This document shows positions 19,337 through 29,393 of a stretch of 64,000 nucleotides of DNA, one piece after another. The position numbers were made by a program, and so were the translations under genes. The number at the start of each line of letters is the position of its first letter. Position 1 is the first letter of the stretch. The notes below the pieces were generated by a model that did no database searches, was not told where the DNA came from, and saw nothing but the letters and a program-made list of their open reading frames with translations. The stretch comes from Ekhidna sp. (GTDB taxonomy: Bacteria; Bacteroidota; Bacteroidia; Cytophagales; Cyclobacteriaceae): NCBI GenBank assembly GCA_039940915.1, contig JBDVFO010000002.1; one strand, written 5' to 3'.

Positions 19337-21478
19337 GTGTTTTTCTGGAACTCCTATCCTTTTGTTCGATTCAGCATAGCTCTCATGCTAGGCGTCTTGT
19401 GCTATGATCAAAATCCTGATCTTTGGAAAAATCCATTGGAGGCACTCATCGTTGGGATCATCGGTTATGCCATCTCCGTTTTTTCCTCGCATAAATTTGG
19501 CTTTTTCAAGCTTCGACACATAAACGGTTGCTTAGGGTTGTTGCTCATTTTTTACATTGGAGGCTATTCCGTTCAGTCCAAGTATCATACTAAAGATCCA
19601 TCCCATTATACAAACCTTGAAAATAACATGAGGGGGTTTTCAGGAGTCATTGTCAGTCAGAAGAATGAACGCAAAAATCACTTTAGATATGATTTCAGAC
19701 TGGATCACATCATCACCCGAAAGGATTCTCTCATAGCTGCAAATGGCGAAATCCATCTCTATATTCGAAAGGATTCTTCGAACCTTACCTTTCAATACGG
19801 GGATCAACTCAATGTCTATGGTCGCTATTTCCGCATAAATGATCCTGACAACCCGGGAGAATTCAATTACAAACAATACCTCGAGAGGCAAAACATCTAT
19901 AGCCATGCTTTTGTAGAAAATCACCATGTCGAACTAGTCCGGAATGCCGCGCCCAGTAGCTTGTTTCAATGGGCATACAGCATAAGAGCACATGCAAATA
20001 GCACAATTGATAAACATATCCATCAACCAAGAGAAAATGGCATTGCTAAGGCGCTATTATTGGGAATCAAAGACCACCTGGACGATGATTTAAAAAAAGC
20101 ATATTCCGCCGCAGGTGCTATGCACGTTCTTGCAGTCTCCGGCTTGCACGTTGGCATTATTTTACTGATTATCAAGCTAATTTTCGGAAAACTAAGACAG
20201 GAAGGAAAAAGAGGTAGGTATGTTTTCGGATTGATTAGCCTCTCAATTATTTGGCTTTATGCCATAGTAACGGGATTAAGTCCGTCTGTGCTAAGAGCAG
20301 CCACCATGTTCTCCATGATCGCGTTGAGCGATGCATCCTCAAGAGAAAGCAACATCTACAATTCTCTTGGGCTTGCGGCATTCATTCTCCTGCTCTTTGA
20401 TCCATACCTAATCTACTCTGTCGGGTTTCAATTGTCTTTTGCAGCAGTCATTGGGATTGTTTACTTACAACCCAAACTTTATTTACTCTTGGATTTTCGA
20501 CACTTCCTTATTGATAAATCATGGATGATCACCTGTGTTTCAATAGCCGCACAGCTTTCCACTTTTCCACTGACCGCATACTACTTTCACCAATTCCCTA
20601 CCTATTTTCTCATCTCCAACCTTATCGTTATCCCCTCCTCTTTTCTCATGCTCATTGTGGGCATTTGCATGCTATGCATTGATCCGATCATTCCTGTGGT
20701 AGGCAAATTGATTGGGTTACTGCTCCAGCATTTTATGTGGATTGTAAATCAAGCCATTACCTATGTTCACAAATTGCCAAACAGTCTGATCGAGTGGATT
20801 TACATGGACGAAGTAGGGCTTATACTAACATATTCAATCGTACTTACACTCATAGCAAGTCTTCACTATCGCACATTCAAAACGCTTAGCGTTTCTGCTG
20901 TTTTAATCATTGCCCATTTTTCCTGGACCATTCTAGACAATGAGACGCAAGCCAGAAAAAATGAATTGGTTTTTTATCAGATTGATGATAAGATCGCCAT
21001 TGATCATATTGAAGGTCATACTGCCGTTCTTTATATCAATGAGGTAGCGGAAAATGAGGTTGAGTTGCTTGCCCATCAAATAAACCCTAACAGACTTTCT
21101 TCACATTTGAAGCCAATTAGCGAAACCATCATTCCATTAAATCAAGGCGGTTTCAAAGAGAAAGATGCCATTCATCAGGGTGTCATTGCTGGTAAACGGA
21201 TCATTATTATCGACTCAACCACCTTTCACCTTGAATTCAGGGATACCATTGAAGTAGATTATATCATTATTAACAACGGCAGTGTTAAAAATTTAAACTG
21301 GCTGAAAAATCATTTTACGTTTGATCGGATTATCATCAGTCCTAAAAATTCCATTTACTACTCCAGGAAAATGAGGAAGCAAGCCACATCACTGGGTCTC
21401 AACATTCATTCTTTGAAGGAGGAAGGAGCACTGAAAATCTCTTTAAAAGAGGGCATAAAAAAAGAGCGGACAATATAG
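19337..21478 (+). CDS. comEC: ComEC/Rec2 competence membrane protein
   Basis: HVLAVSGLHVG, PSVLRA and GFQLSFAAV motifs; multi-TM. Confidence 0.92.
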   Translation: MFFWNSYPFVRFSIALMLGVLCYDQNPDLWKNPLEALIVGIIGYAISVFSSHKFGFFKLRHINGCLGLLLIFYIGGYSVQSKYHTKDPSHYTNLENNMRGFSGVIVSQKNERKNHFRYDFRLDHIITRKDSLIAANGEIHLYIRKDSSNLTFQYGDQLNVYGRYFRINDPDNPGEFNYKQYLERQNIYSHAFVENHHVELVRNAAPSSLFQWAYSIRAHANSTIDKHIHQPRENGIAKALLLGIKDHLDDDLKKAYSAAGAMHVLAVSGLHVGIILLIIKLIFGKLRQEGKRGRYVFGLISLSIIWLYAIVTGLSPSVLRAATMFSMIALSDASSRESNIYNSLGLAAFILLLFDPYLIYSVGFQLSFAAVIGIVYLQPKLYLLLDFRHFLIDKSWMITCVSIAAQLSTFPLTAYYFHQFPTYFLISNLIVIPSSFLMLIVGICMLCIDPIIPVVGKLIGLLLQHFMWIVNQAITYVHKLPNSLIEWIYMDEVGLILTYSIVLTLIASLHYRTFKTLSVSAVLIIAHFSWTILDNETQARKNELVFYQIDDKIAIDHIEGHTAVLYINEVAENEVELLAHQINPNRLSSHLKPISETIIPLNQGGFKEKDAIHQGVIAGKRIIIIDSTTFHLEFRDTIEVDYIIINNGSVKNLNWLKNHFTFDRIIISPKNSIYYSRKMRKQATSLGLNIHSLKEEGALKISLKEGIKKERTI

Positions 21479-21540
21479 CCCGCTCTGTTCACCACCAATC
21501 CCGACTAGCATCGGGAAAAACTTACTACCGCCTAGTAGTA
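21457..21540 (-). ncRNA. Candidate three-hairpin sRNA (about 84 nt)
   Basis: On the minus strand: TACTAC/GTAGTA hairpin, TCCCGA/TCGGGA hairpin, TTGGTGGTGAAC linker, then AGAGCGGGC/GTCCGCTCT terminator with T7. It has its own promoter just upstream. Confidence 0.55.
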
Positions 21541-21543
21541 TCA

Positions 21544-21573
21544 CAAATGTAATACATATACTGGTTCACCAAA
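21544..21573 (-). promoter_or_regulatory. Bacteroidota promoter for the sRNA candidate
   Basis: Minus strand: TTTG (21570-21573), an 18-nt spacer, then an exact TACATTTG -7 box (21544-21551). Confidence 0.6.
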
Positions 21574-21610
21574 GGATATTTAGGAAAAACCACGGTCAAA
21601 AATCAATTTT

Positions 21611-22573
21611 TTACCACTTAACGATTGTACCTGCAAAAGTCAATCCTCCTCCAAATCCAATCATCAGAACAATATCGCCTTTCTTTATACCACCGTTAGC
21701 TACAGATTTAGCAATGGCCAGCGGTATTGAAGCAGAGGAAGTATTTCCAAAATCCGTCACACTTTGCGGTATTTTACTCATTGGATAATCCAAATTCTTA
21801 GCGATGGCCTCTATTATGCGAAGATTGGCACTGTGTGGCACGATGTAGTCCAGATCGTCTAAGGTCATTCCTGCTTTTTCCACAAGCTCCTTAATCTTGA
21901 TTGGTATATTCCCCACCGCCCACTTAAAAACCGAGCGTCCGTTTTGAATTATTTTACCATTTGGGTTTATCCCGACACCATTGATGCTGTTTTTTTTATG
22001 ACTTAGGTACAGGTCGTGACCAAAATCACCGTTTGTGCCTGAATTAAAGGCCATGAAGTGCTCATCCTCACTTGGCTCTATGAGTACCGCTCCTGCGCCA
22101 TCTCCAAAGAGGATGCATGAAGTTCGATCTTTCAGATCCATTATTTTTGATAACGCCTCGCTCCCAATCACTAGCACTTTCTTGTAAACACCTGAATTCA
22201 CAAAACCGTGTGCCATTTGTATTCCGTAAACGAAACCGGCGCAGGCGGCATAAATATCATTACATCCGGCATTCTTAATGCCTAGCTTATACTGGACACG
22301 AGATGCCGTATTGGGCATGGGCTGATCTGGAGAAGTTGTGCATACTACAATGAAGTCCACATCGGAAACATCTGCGCCACTGTTGGCCATCAGGTTTTCC
22401 ACTGCCTTTACCGAAAGATCACTTGCATACTCACCGTCTTTCGCAAATCGTCGAGTCTTGATACCCGTGCGTGACTCAATCCACTCATCATTCGTATCAA
22501 TGAACTGTTCGAAGTAGTGATTGTCTATGATTTTTTCTGGCACATAAGTGCCGAATGCGGTAATTCTTGACAT
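21611..22573 (-). CDS. fabH: 3-oxoacyl-ACP synthase III
   Basis: DIYAACAGF (Cys), PHSAN (His) and GNTSSAS (Asn) catalytic motifs; GFGGGLT. Confidence 0.93.
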   Translation of the reverse strand: MSRITAFGTYVPEKIIDNHYFEQFIDTNDEWIESRTGIKTRRFAKDGEYASDLSVKAVENLMANSGADVSDVDFIVVCTTSPDQPMPNTASRVQYKLGIKNAGCNDIYAACAGFVYGIQMAHGFVNSGVYKKVLVIGSEALSKIMDLKDRTSCILFGDGAGAVLIEPSEDEHFMAFNSGTNGDFGHDLYLSHKKNSINGVGINPNGKIIQNGRSVFKWAVGNIPIKIKELVEKAGMTLDDLDYIVPHSANLRIIEAIAKNLDYPMSKIPQSVTDFGNTSSASIPLAIAKSVANGGIKKGDIVLMIGFGGGLTFAGTIVKW

Positions 22574-22674
22574 AATAAAGATTTGGGAGATTTGTACTGA
22601 AAAAGATTAATCTTTTGTGATGACTGTCTGTTTCAAAAGCAAGTTGAATTAGTATATTGGTAAATCCAAAGAAG

Positions 22675-24696
22675 CTACTTACTTTCTTTCAGCATTTTTT
22701 CAGCTTCCTGCAGCTCATCCCTTAGTCTTGCGGCTTCCATGAAATCCAAATCTTTTGCTGCCTTCTCCATTTTTCGCCTGGTCTCGTTTACCAGCTTGGA
22801 GAGTTGCTCTTTCGACATGTAGGAAACAATAGGATCTGCTGCCAGCGATTGTTCTTCTTCGATGTAATACTTCTTGGCTCCTTTTTTCTTATCCGCTACT
22901 CCTGTCTGTCGAAGGATTTCTTCTTTATTTTTCTTTAATGAAACCGGAGTAATGCCATGCTTTTCATTGTATTCCATTTGAATACTTCTGCGGCGATTGG
23001 TTTCATCAATGGCAACTCTCATTGACCCTGTAACTTTATCTGCATACATTATCACCTTCCCATGATCGTTTCGAGCCGCTCTACCAATGGTTTGAACCAA
23101 AGATCGCTCATTCCTCAAGAATCCTTCCTTGTCTGCATCCAATATCGCTACGAGAGACACCTCCGGCAAATCAAGTCCTTCCCTAAGCAAATTCACCCCT
23201 ACCAGTACATCAAAAACCCCCAATCTCAATTCTCTGAGTATCTCCACTCGGTCAAGCGTATCCACCTCTGAATGAATATATCGAGTCTTTACTCCAGCAT
23301 TGAGTAAATACTTGGTGAGTTCCTCGGCCATACGTTTGGTCAATGTAGTCACCAGTATGCGATCTTCCATTTCTATTCGTTGCTGTATTTCTTCCATCAA
23401 ATCATCAATCTGATTTTGACTTGGACGTACATCGATAACCGGATCCAATAATCCGGTAGGTCGTATGAGTTGCTCAATAATCACTCCTTCAGACTTTCTT
23501 AGCTCATATTCACTTGGTGTCGCACTTACAAATACCACTTGGTTGAGCATGTCTTCGAATTCATTGAAAGTCAATGGGCGATTGTCCATTGCCGAAGGAA
23601 GGCGGAAACCATAATCTACCAGGTTTACTTTCCTTGCTCTATCTCCTCCCCACATTCCTCTAACTTGAGGTACGGTCACGTGGCTTTCATCAATGATCAT
23701 TAAAAAGTCATCCGGAAAATAGTCCAGCAGACAGAATGGCCTGCTCCCCGGTGATCGCCGATCGAAATATCGGGAATAATTTTCCACACCGGAGCAATAG
23801 CCAATCTCGCGGATCATTTCCAGATCAAATTCAGTGCGCTCTTTTAACCTCTTTGCCTCAAGGAATCTACGTTCGTCTTCAAAGAACTGTACCTGCTCCA
23901 CCATGTCGTCCTGAATTTCCTTGATTGCTACCTGAAGTTGATCTTTTGCTGTAACAAAAAGATTGGCTGGAAAAATGCTGATGATTCGTTCATCTGATTG
24001 TTTTTCTCCAGTGATAGGGTCAATCCGCTGTATGGACTCTATTTCATCTCCCCAAAAAATGAAACGATAAGCAAAATCCGCATACGCCACAAAGACATCT
24101 ACCGTGTCTCCTTTAACCCGGAAAGTTCCTCGCTTAAATTCTGCTTCGGTTCGACTGTAAAGAATATCTACCAAATCGAAGAGGAATTTATTCCTGGACA
24201 CTTTATCGCCTTCCTGTACCTTAATCACATTCTTACCAAACTCTTCCGGATTTCCAATACCATAGATGCAAGAAACTGATGCTACTACGATCACATCTCT
24301 TCTCCCTGAAAGTAGCGCGGAAGAGGCACTTAATCGAAGTTTCTCAATTTCATCATTTATTGAAAGATCCTTTTCTATGTAAACGTTGCTTGTAGGAATG
24401 TACGCTTCCGGCTGATAGTAGTCATAGTATGAGATGAAATATTCGACTGCATTTTCAGGAAAAAATCGCTTGAACTCCCCGTACAACTGTGCTGCCAATG
24501 TCTTATTATGACTGAGTACAAGTGTTGGTTTCTGTACTTGCTCTACGACGTTAGCCATCGTAAATGTTTTACCCGATCCCGTTACACCCAGCAACGTCTG
24601 CGCAGGTTCATCATTATTGATCCCCTCGATGATTTGACGAATCGCTGATGGCTGATCCCCCGTTGGGCTATACTCCGAAACAAGTTTGAATTCCAT
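22675..24696 (-). CDS. uvrB: Excinuclease ABC subunit B
   Basis: [34 protein letters not shown] and C-terminal UVR domain. Confidence 0.98.
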   Translation of the reverse strand: MEFKLVSEYSPTGDQPSAIRQIIEGINNDEPAQTLLGVTGSGKTFTMANVVEQVQKPTLVLSHNKTLAAQLYGEFKRFFPENAVEYFISYYDYYQPEAYIPTSNVYIEKDLSINDEIEKLRLSASSALLSGRRDVIVVASVSCIYGIGNPEEFGKNVIKVQEGDKVSRNKFLFDLVDILYSRTEAEFKRGTFRVKGDTVDVFVAYADFAYRFIFWGDEIESIQRIDPITGEKQSDERIISIFPANLFVTAKDQLQVAIKEIQDDMVEQVQFFEDERRFLEAKRLKERTEFDLEMIREIGYCSGVENYSRYFDRRSPGSRPFCLLDYFPDDFLMIIDESHVTVPQVRGMWGGDRARKVNLVDYGFRLPSAMDNRPLTFNEFEDMLNQVVFVSATPSEYELRKSEGVIIEQLIRPTGLLDPVIDVRPSQNQIDDLMEEIQQRIEMEDRILVTTLTKRMAEELTKYLLNAGVKTRYIHSEVDTLDRVEILRELRLGVFDVLVGVNLLREGLDLPEVSLVAILDADKEGFLRNERSLVQTIGRAARNDHGKVIMYADKVTGSMRVAIDETNRRRSIQMEYNEKHGITPVSLKKNKEEILRQTGVADKKKGAKKYYIEEEQSLAADPIVSYMSKEQLSKLVNETRRKMEKAAKDLDFMEAARLRDELQEAEKMLKESK

Positions 24697-24699
24697 ATT

Positions 24700-25437
24700 T
24701 TAACTATTCCAAATATCCCACGATCTCTCGGCTTGTAGCTCCAACATCTCAAGTCCATTTTTAGTTTTAGCGCCATACTTTTCGCCTTGCTTTAAAAAAG
24801 CCGTCTGCTCCGGATTATAAACCAAGTCGTAAAAGAAGGTTCCTTTGCTAATCTTACTGTACGGTAGATCAGGTATCGATTCGTTATTAGGATGCATCCC
24901 TAATGGTGTAGTATTAATGATTAATCTGAAGCGGGTAATGATGTCCGGATTGGATTTGATCTGTTCATAGGTATAATCACCACCCTTATTACTTCTGCTT
25001 ACCTGATTGTAAGGAATTTTCAGATCTGTCAGCCCTGCTTGCACGGCCTTAGAAGCTCCTCCAGACCCAAGAATTAGAGACTCTCCTTTAAATTTTCCCA
25101 ACCACACGCTAAGTGAATCTCTGAAGGCCATATAATCAGAATTATATCCGATAAGCTTGTTTCCTTTTTTGCAAATAACATTAGCGGCACCTACTTTGAT
25201 TGCGCTAACATCCTGCTTATCCAAGTATTTCACTACATTCTCTTTATGAGGAACGGTCACATTGAGACCACAGAGATCGCCATGCTGAAGCCAAAGAGCA
25301 GGAAATTCGTTGAGAAACTCCATTTCAAATAAGTCATATACATGATCTTTCAGACCAAGGTCTTGGAATTTCTTTTGGAAGAAATTCTGTGAGTAGCTAT
25401 GTCCCACTGGATAACCGATCAACCCAAAGCGCTTCAT
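24700..25437 (-). CDS. aroE: Shikimate dehydrogenase
   Basis: GYPVGHSYS, NVTVPHK, ILGSGGAS, INTTPLGM, DLVYNP and GLEML motifs. Confidence 0.93.
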   Translation of the reverse strand: MKRFGLIGYPVGHSYSQNFFQKKFQDLGLKDHVYDLFEMEFLNEFPALWLQHGDLCGLNVTVPHKENVVKYLDKQDVSAIKVGAANVICKKGNKLIGYNSDYMAFRDSLSVWLGKFKGESLILGSGGASKAVQAGLTDLKIPYNQVSRSNKGGDYTYEQIKSNPDIITRFRLIINTTPLGMHPNNESIPDLPYSKISKGTFFYDLVYNPEQTAFLKQGEKYGAKTKNGLEMLELQAERSWDIWNS

Positions 25438-25476
25438 TTAGACTAAAGTTATATCAAGAACTCAACCCAACCTAAA

Positions 25477-26370
25477 CTACTCCTCAACAGTGGCAGATTT
25501 TCGTTCCATCCAAAAAACAATGAAAAATCCAAGAATGATAAAAAAGCTTGAGTACAAGAAATCAATATTCATCGCGGGAACCTCCCAAACGTATCCAACA
25601 GCCTTTTCCTTACCCTCAAACATTTCCGTCAGTGTGGCTTTCCACGGCCAAATTATCAACAAAGAACCAGCTACAAATCCGCTGAGAGTAGCTACGGTCT
25701 CATCTTTGAATCTACCAAATAAGAAAGATAAAATGCGCGATAATGCCACAAGTCCAATAATACATCCGATTGCGATAGGAGCAAGTATGCTAATATTCAG
25801 ACTGCTAATCGCTTTTAATACCAGCAAGTAATTACCCATTAGTAATAAAATGTATGATCCTGAAAGCCCAGGGAGTATCATACTGCAAACAGCAACGACC
25901 CCACATAGTATTAGATACATAAACGACTCATTGGGTTGTGCTGGTGGAAGGAAGGCAATACCAATGGCAATTGCAGCACCTATAGTAAAGGAAAATATGA
26001 CTGTCGCAGTAAGCTTGCTGACTTGTTTTGAAACAGCCAGAACTGACGCAACTATTAAACCAAAGAAAAATGAGAGTGTAAGAACTTCATACTGTTCAAG
26101 TAGAATTTCCAAAAGCTTGGCTAAGCTGATGATGCTAACAAAAACTCCAAAAAATAAAACAACCAGAAAGTAGAAATCTACTTTCTTTCCAAACTCGCGA
26201 AATCGACCACTAAAAAATAATTTTAGTGCTTCTACATCGACATTCTTAAGGGCGTTGATCAAGCGTTCATAAATGCCGGTAATAAAAGCGACTGTACCTC
26301 CTGACACACCGGGGATCACATTAGCTGCTCCCATTGCAGCCCCTTTAACGAAAAGTTTGAAGTTGATCAT
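25477..26370 (-). CDS. DUF368 membrane protein (putative undecaprenyl-phosphate translocase)
   Basis: Duplicated G.A...PGVSGGT and MILPGLSGS motifs. Confidence 0.88.
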   Translation of the reverse strand: MINFKLFVKGAAMGAANVIPGVSGGTVAFITGIYERLINALKNVDVEALKLFFSGRFREFGKKVDFYFLVVLFFGVFVSIISLAKLLEILLEQYEVLTLSFFFGLIVASVLAVSKQVSKLTATVIFSFTIGAAIAIGIAFLPPAQPNESFMYLILCGVVAVCSMILPGLSGSYILLLMGNYLLVLKAISSLNISILAPIAIGCIIGLVALSRILSFLFGRFKDETVATLSGFVAGSLLIIWPWKATLTEMFEGKEKAVGYVWEVPAMNIDFLYSSFFIILGFFIVFWMERKSATVEE

Positions 26371-26472
26371 TGTACGAAATACGTTATTACTGACATGAGG
26401 TGCAAATACTGATGAAATTTTTAGGGGAAATCGTTTTTACTTCACTCTAACGAAAAACAACACTTACTTGCT

Positions 26473-27069
26473 ATGAAAATTTTGATCACCGCCACCCTCC
26501 TCTTTGTTTCTTTTTTTTCCTTCTCCCAAAAAATAGATACAAGTTATTCCAAGAATAAGAAACGTGCCATAAAAATGGAGTTCTTTTCTCCGTTGACTGG
26601 AAATACCACATTTGGTTATGAGAGCTACATAAAAGACTGGCTTTCCTGGGAGGCTAAAATTGGCATCATTGGATTAGGGGTAAGCGCTCATGACGCAAAC
26701 TATAAAGGTTTTTTATTCAAAGGTGGGCCAAAGTTTAAGCTTAATCCTGACTTTATCACCAGTGATTTAAGAGGGTCACATTTGCTTAGTGGTAAATATA
26801 TTCGCCCTGAAATCATCTTTGCCCAATATCAAGCTGAAGATGAATTTTTCGACTCCAGCTCAAAATCAATCACATCTGTAGCTCTTATGATTACCTATGG
26901 TCGGCAATATGTTCTGGCCAACATCATGACTCTTGATTATCACATAGGTTTGGGATACGGCTATGACTCCTCTGAAGATGGGAGATATAACTTTGGCCAT
27001 TCCAATGGTAATTCAGATTTTCCAATCGCCATATCTGCAGGATTCACGATTGGCGTCCTTTTGAAGTAG
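26473..27069 (+). CDS. Hypothetical outer-membrane beta-barrel protein
   Basis: Signal peptide ending SFS-Q, alternating aromatic/Gly beta-strands, and a terminal beta strand. Confidence 0.6.
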   Translation: MKILITATLLFVSFFSFSQKIDTSYSKNKKRAIKMEFFSPLTGNTTFGYESYIKDWLSWEAKIGIIGLGVSAHDANYKGFLFKGGPKFKLNPDFITSDLRGSHLLSGKYIRPEIIFAQYQAEDEFFDSSSKSITSVALMITYGRQYVLANIMTLDYHIGLGYGYDSSEDGRYNFGHSNGNSDFPIAISAGFTIGVLLK

Positions 27070-27070
27070 T

Positions 27071-27826
27071 TTATAAAAAATAGTCGAATGTGTCTCCTCT
27101 TAGTCCCAAACGAATAGTCTCCAATGGAATTACTTCATTGGGAGCAATATTACCAAGGTTTACATTGGATCCGCCAAGTTTGATGAACCATACCTGTTGT
27201 GCTTTCTGAGGAGCTTCCCAGAGAATCTTATCTGCAGGAATTTGAGTTAAAATCTCTTCAACCAGTCCTTGTCTTACTTCTCCAGAGTCTCTGAATAGTC
27301 CGACATTTCCGCTTTCTCTTGCCTCACCTATCACCTTCCAGGCACCAGCTTCCAGCTCTGTGCTCATCTGTTCGATCCATTTGTATGGAGGTATAATCTT
27401 GGCCGCATCTTTTGATCCAACTTCACTAAGGACTGTTACCTGCTTAGCCAGGGTTCTTATGTATTCACATTTTTTATCGTGATCCATCACCAAAGATCCA
27501 TCAGAAACCTCAGCGTACTCCAGGCCGAATTCATCAAGCACTCTTTGATAATCAGCAAACTGATCGCGAACAATAAATGCTTCAAATAAAGTTCCTCCAA
27601 AGTAGCATGGAATCCCAGCTGACTTATAAATGGCGATTTTCTCCTTTAATTTCGGATATAAATAAGATGTCGCCCAGCCAAATTTTACGATATCTATGTA
27701 TTCACCACTCGACTCAATGAGGTCTTCCACTTCTCTAAGGCTAAGGCCTTTGTCCATGACCATGGTGTACCCCTCGTTTCTCGGTTTTTGAGTTCGCTCT
27801 GGTATATTGTTAAGATGATAATTCAT
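27071..27826 (-). CDS. comA: Phosphosulfolactate synthase (ComA family)
   Basis: KFGWATS, GGTLFE, EVSDG, SEVGSK, EARESG and NVNLGNI motifs. The start is probably MNYHL (27826). Confidence 0.9.
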   Translation of the reverse strand: MNYHLNNIPERTQKPRNEGYTMVMDKGLSLREVEDLIESSGEYIDIVKFGWATSYLYPKLKEKIAIYKSAGIPCYFGGTLFEAFIVRDQFADYQRVLDEFGLEYAEVSDGSLVMDHDKKCEYIRTLAKQVTVLSEVGSKDAAKIIPPYKWIEQMSTELEAGAWKVIGEARESGNVGLFRDSGEVRQGLVEEILTQIPADKILWEAPQKAQQVWFIKLGGSNVNLGNIAPNEVIPLETIRLGLRGDTFDYFL

Positions 27827-27893
27827 GTAGGGTTTTTGATACTCGTGAAAAACAAGCGACAAAAATCACAAATTATCCTTAGACGGTCAAAGA

Positions 27894-29297
27894 TTATTGA
27901 TTATCCTGACGAAACTGATCAATAATTCTGTAAAGTGCCTTTTGCGTAGGTAGGTTCGGGAAGAAGTCAAAAAGTACTTCGTGAGCATCAAAATCCAATA
28001 TTAACGCAGTTTCCAGTCTATTTATAGCATTTTTATAGCTACCAGAACCAATCAGATAAACGACACCTCTATAATACATTTCGGCATTATCTGGACATTC
28101 ATCCAAGCCTTGCTCTAATATGGAAATAGCCTCTTCATAGTTTCCTTGCTCATAGTACACCATAGACCAATCCAGCCAGATTTTAGGATCTTCGGCATCC
28201 ATCTCACTCGCTTCTCGATACGCCTCTATGGAAGAAACCAGGTTACCCGTTTTATATTCGGCATCTGCTACCGCCTTCCAATACAATACATTCTCAGCAT
28301 CTATTTTGAGGGCTTTATTCAAAAAGTGAATGGCCTCATACCATTTCTCCTGAATGGCTAGACATACGCCAACTCCATACCAAGCTTCGTGATACAGTTG
28401 GTCCAGCTTAGTTGCTTTTTGATAATACTTTATTGCCAGATCATGCTGATCCAATTTTTCATACGCTGCTCCAATGTGACAATAGGTTTCAGGTGAGGCT
28501 CCTTCCTGATCATATGTTTTCAGGTAGGCCGCAAGGGCTCTGTCATATTTCCCCAGATTCATTAGTGCATTGCCCATGTTAAACCAGGCACTGCTAAATT
28601 CCTCATCTATTGCAGTAGCATATTCATATGCATCCACCGCTTCCTCAAACTTTGAAAGTTTGTTATATACGATACCAAGGTTATACCAAGCATACTCTGA
28701 GTATGGATCTTGATCAATGAACTTTTGATAGTATGACAAACTACTCTCCAACTCTCCCGACACATCGAGGCAATAAGCCAATTCGTACAAGGCGTTTTCG
28801 TTGAGCATGTTGATTTCTATTGCAAGCTTGTACTGCTCAGCTGCTTCTTTGTACTTACCCATTCCCTGGTAAGCCATTCCCATACTGAAATAGACCTCAT
28901 CTTTTTCTTCGACATTCATCAGCGCGCTCTCATATGCTTCAACTGCTTCTTCAAATTCCGAAAGCAGGCAATGGATAGCTCCTTTTTGAAGTAATAGCTC
29001 TGGATCATTTGGCTGAATATTGAGTGTCTCGTCCAGTAAGTCTATTGCTGCATCAGACTTTTCCAATTTTACTAGTACGTCTGTCTTCTCTATTGTAATA
29101 TCAATGGAATACGGAAATTGATCCAATGCGATGTTGGCTGCTTTTAATGCTTGATTAAGCTTATCGTGTACGCTGTAATAGCATATGATCTGAATCATTG
29201 CCTCCTCATCAAAGAAATGATTCTCTTTGTTTTTAAGGAACGCTTCAAACTTGCGAATCAACTCTCTCTCTTCCTTACGTTTATGTTCTTCAGCCAT
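27894..29297 (-). CDS. Tetratricopeptide-repeat protein
   Basis: Many tandem 34-aa repeats of the AW.NLG..Y..L..Y.EA...Y type. Confidence 0.92.
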   Translation of the reverse strand: MAEEHKRKEERELIRKFEAFLKNKENHFFDEEAMIQIICYYSVHDKLNQALKAANIALDQFPYSIDITIEKTDVLVKLEKSDAAIDLLDETLNIQPNDPELLLQKGAIHCLLSEFEEAVEAYESALMNVEEKDEVYFSMGMAYQGMGKYKEAAEQYKLAIEINMLNENALYELAYCLDVSGELESSLSYYQKFIDQDPYSEYAWYNLGIVYNKLSKFEEAVDAYEYATAIDEEFSSAWFNMGNALMNLGKYDRALAAYLKTYDQEGASPETYCHIGAAYEKLDQHDLAIKYYQKATKLDQLYHEAWYGVGVCLAIQEKWYEAIHFLNKALKIDAENVLYWKAVADAEYKTGNLVSSIEAYREASEMDAEDPKIWLDWSMVYYEQGNYEEAISILEQGLDECPDNAEMYYRGVVYLIGSGSYKNAINRLETALILDFDAHEVLFDFFPNLPTQKALYRIIDQFRQDNQ

Positions 29298-29393
29298 GGT
29301 GAAAGATTAATATTGGCGGTAAATCTTAAAAGGAATTTACGTGAAAATGTATTTAAATCCTTTGGGATAGGAGCTAAAAAGTTTTCCACACCC

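Noticed and set aside
21525-21532. GGCGGTAG (enterobacterial ops/RfaH core) on the minus strand
   Set aside because: An 8-mer is expected by chance in 64 kb, it is not upstream of the capsule genes, and it is better explained as part of the sRNA hairpin.
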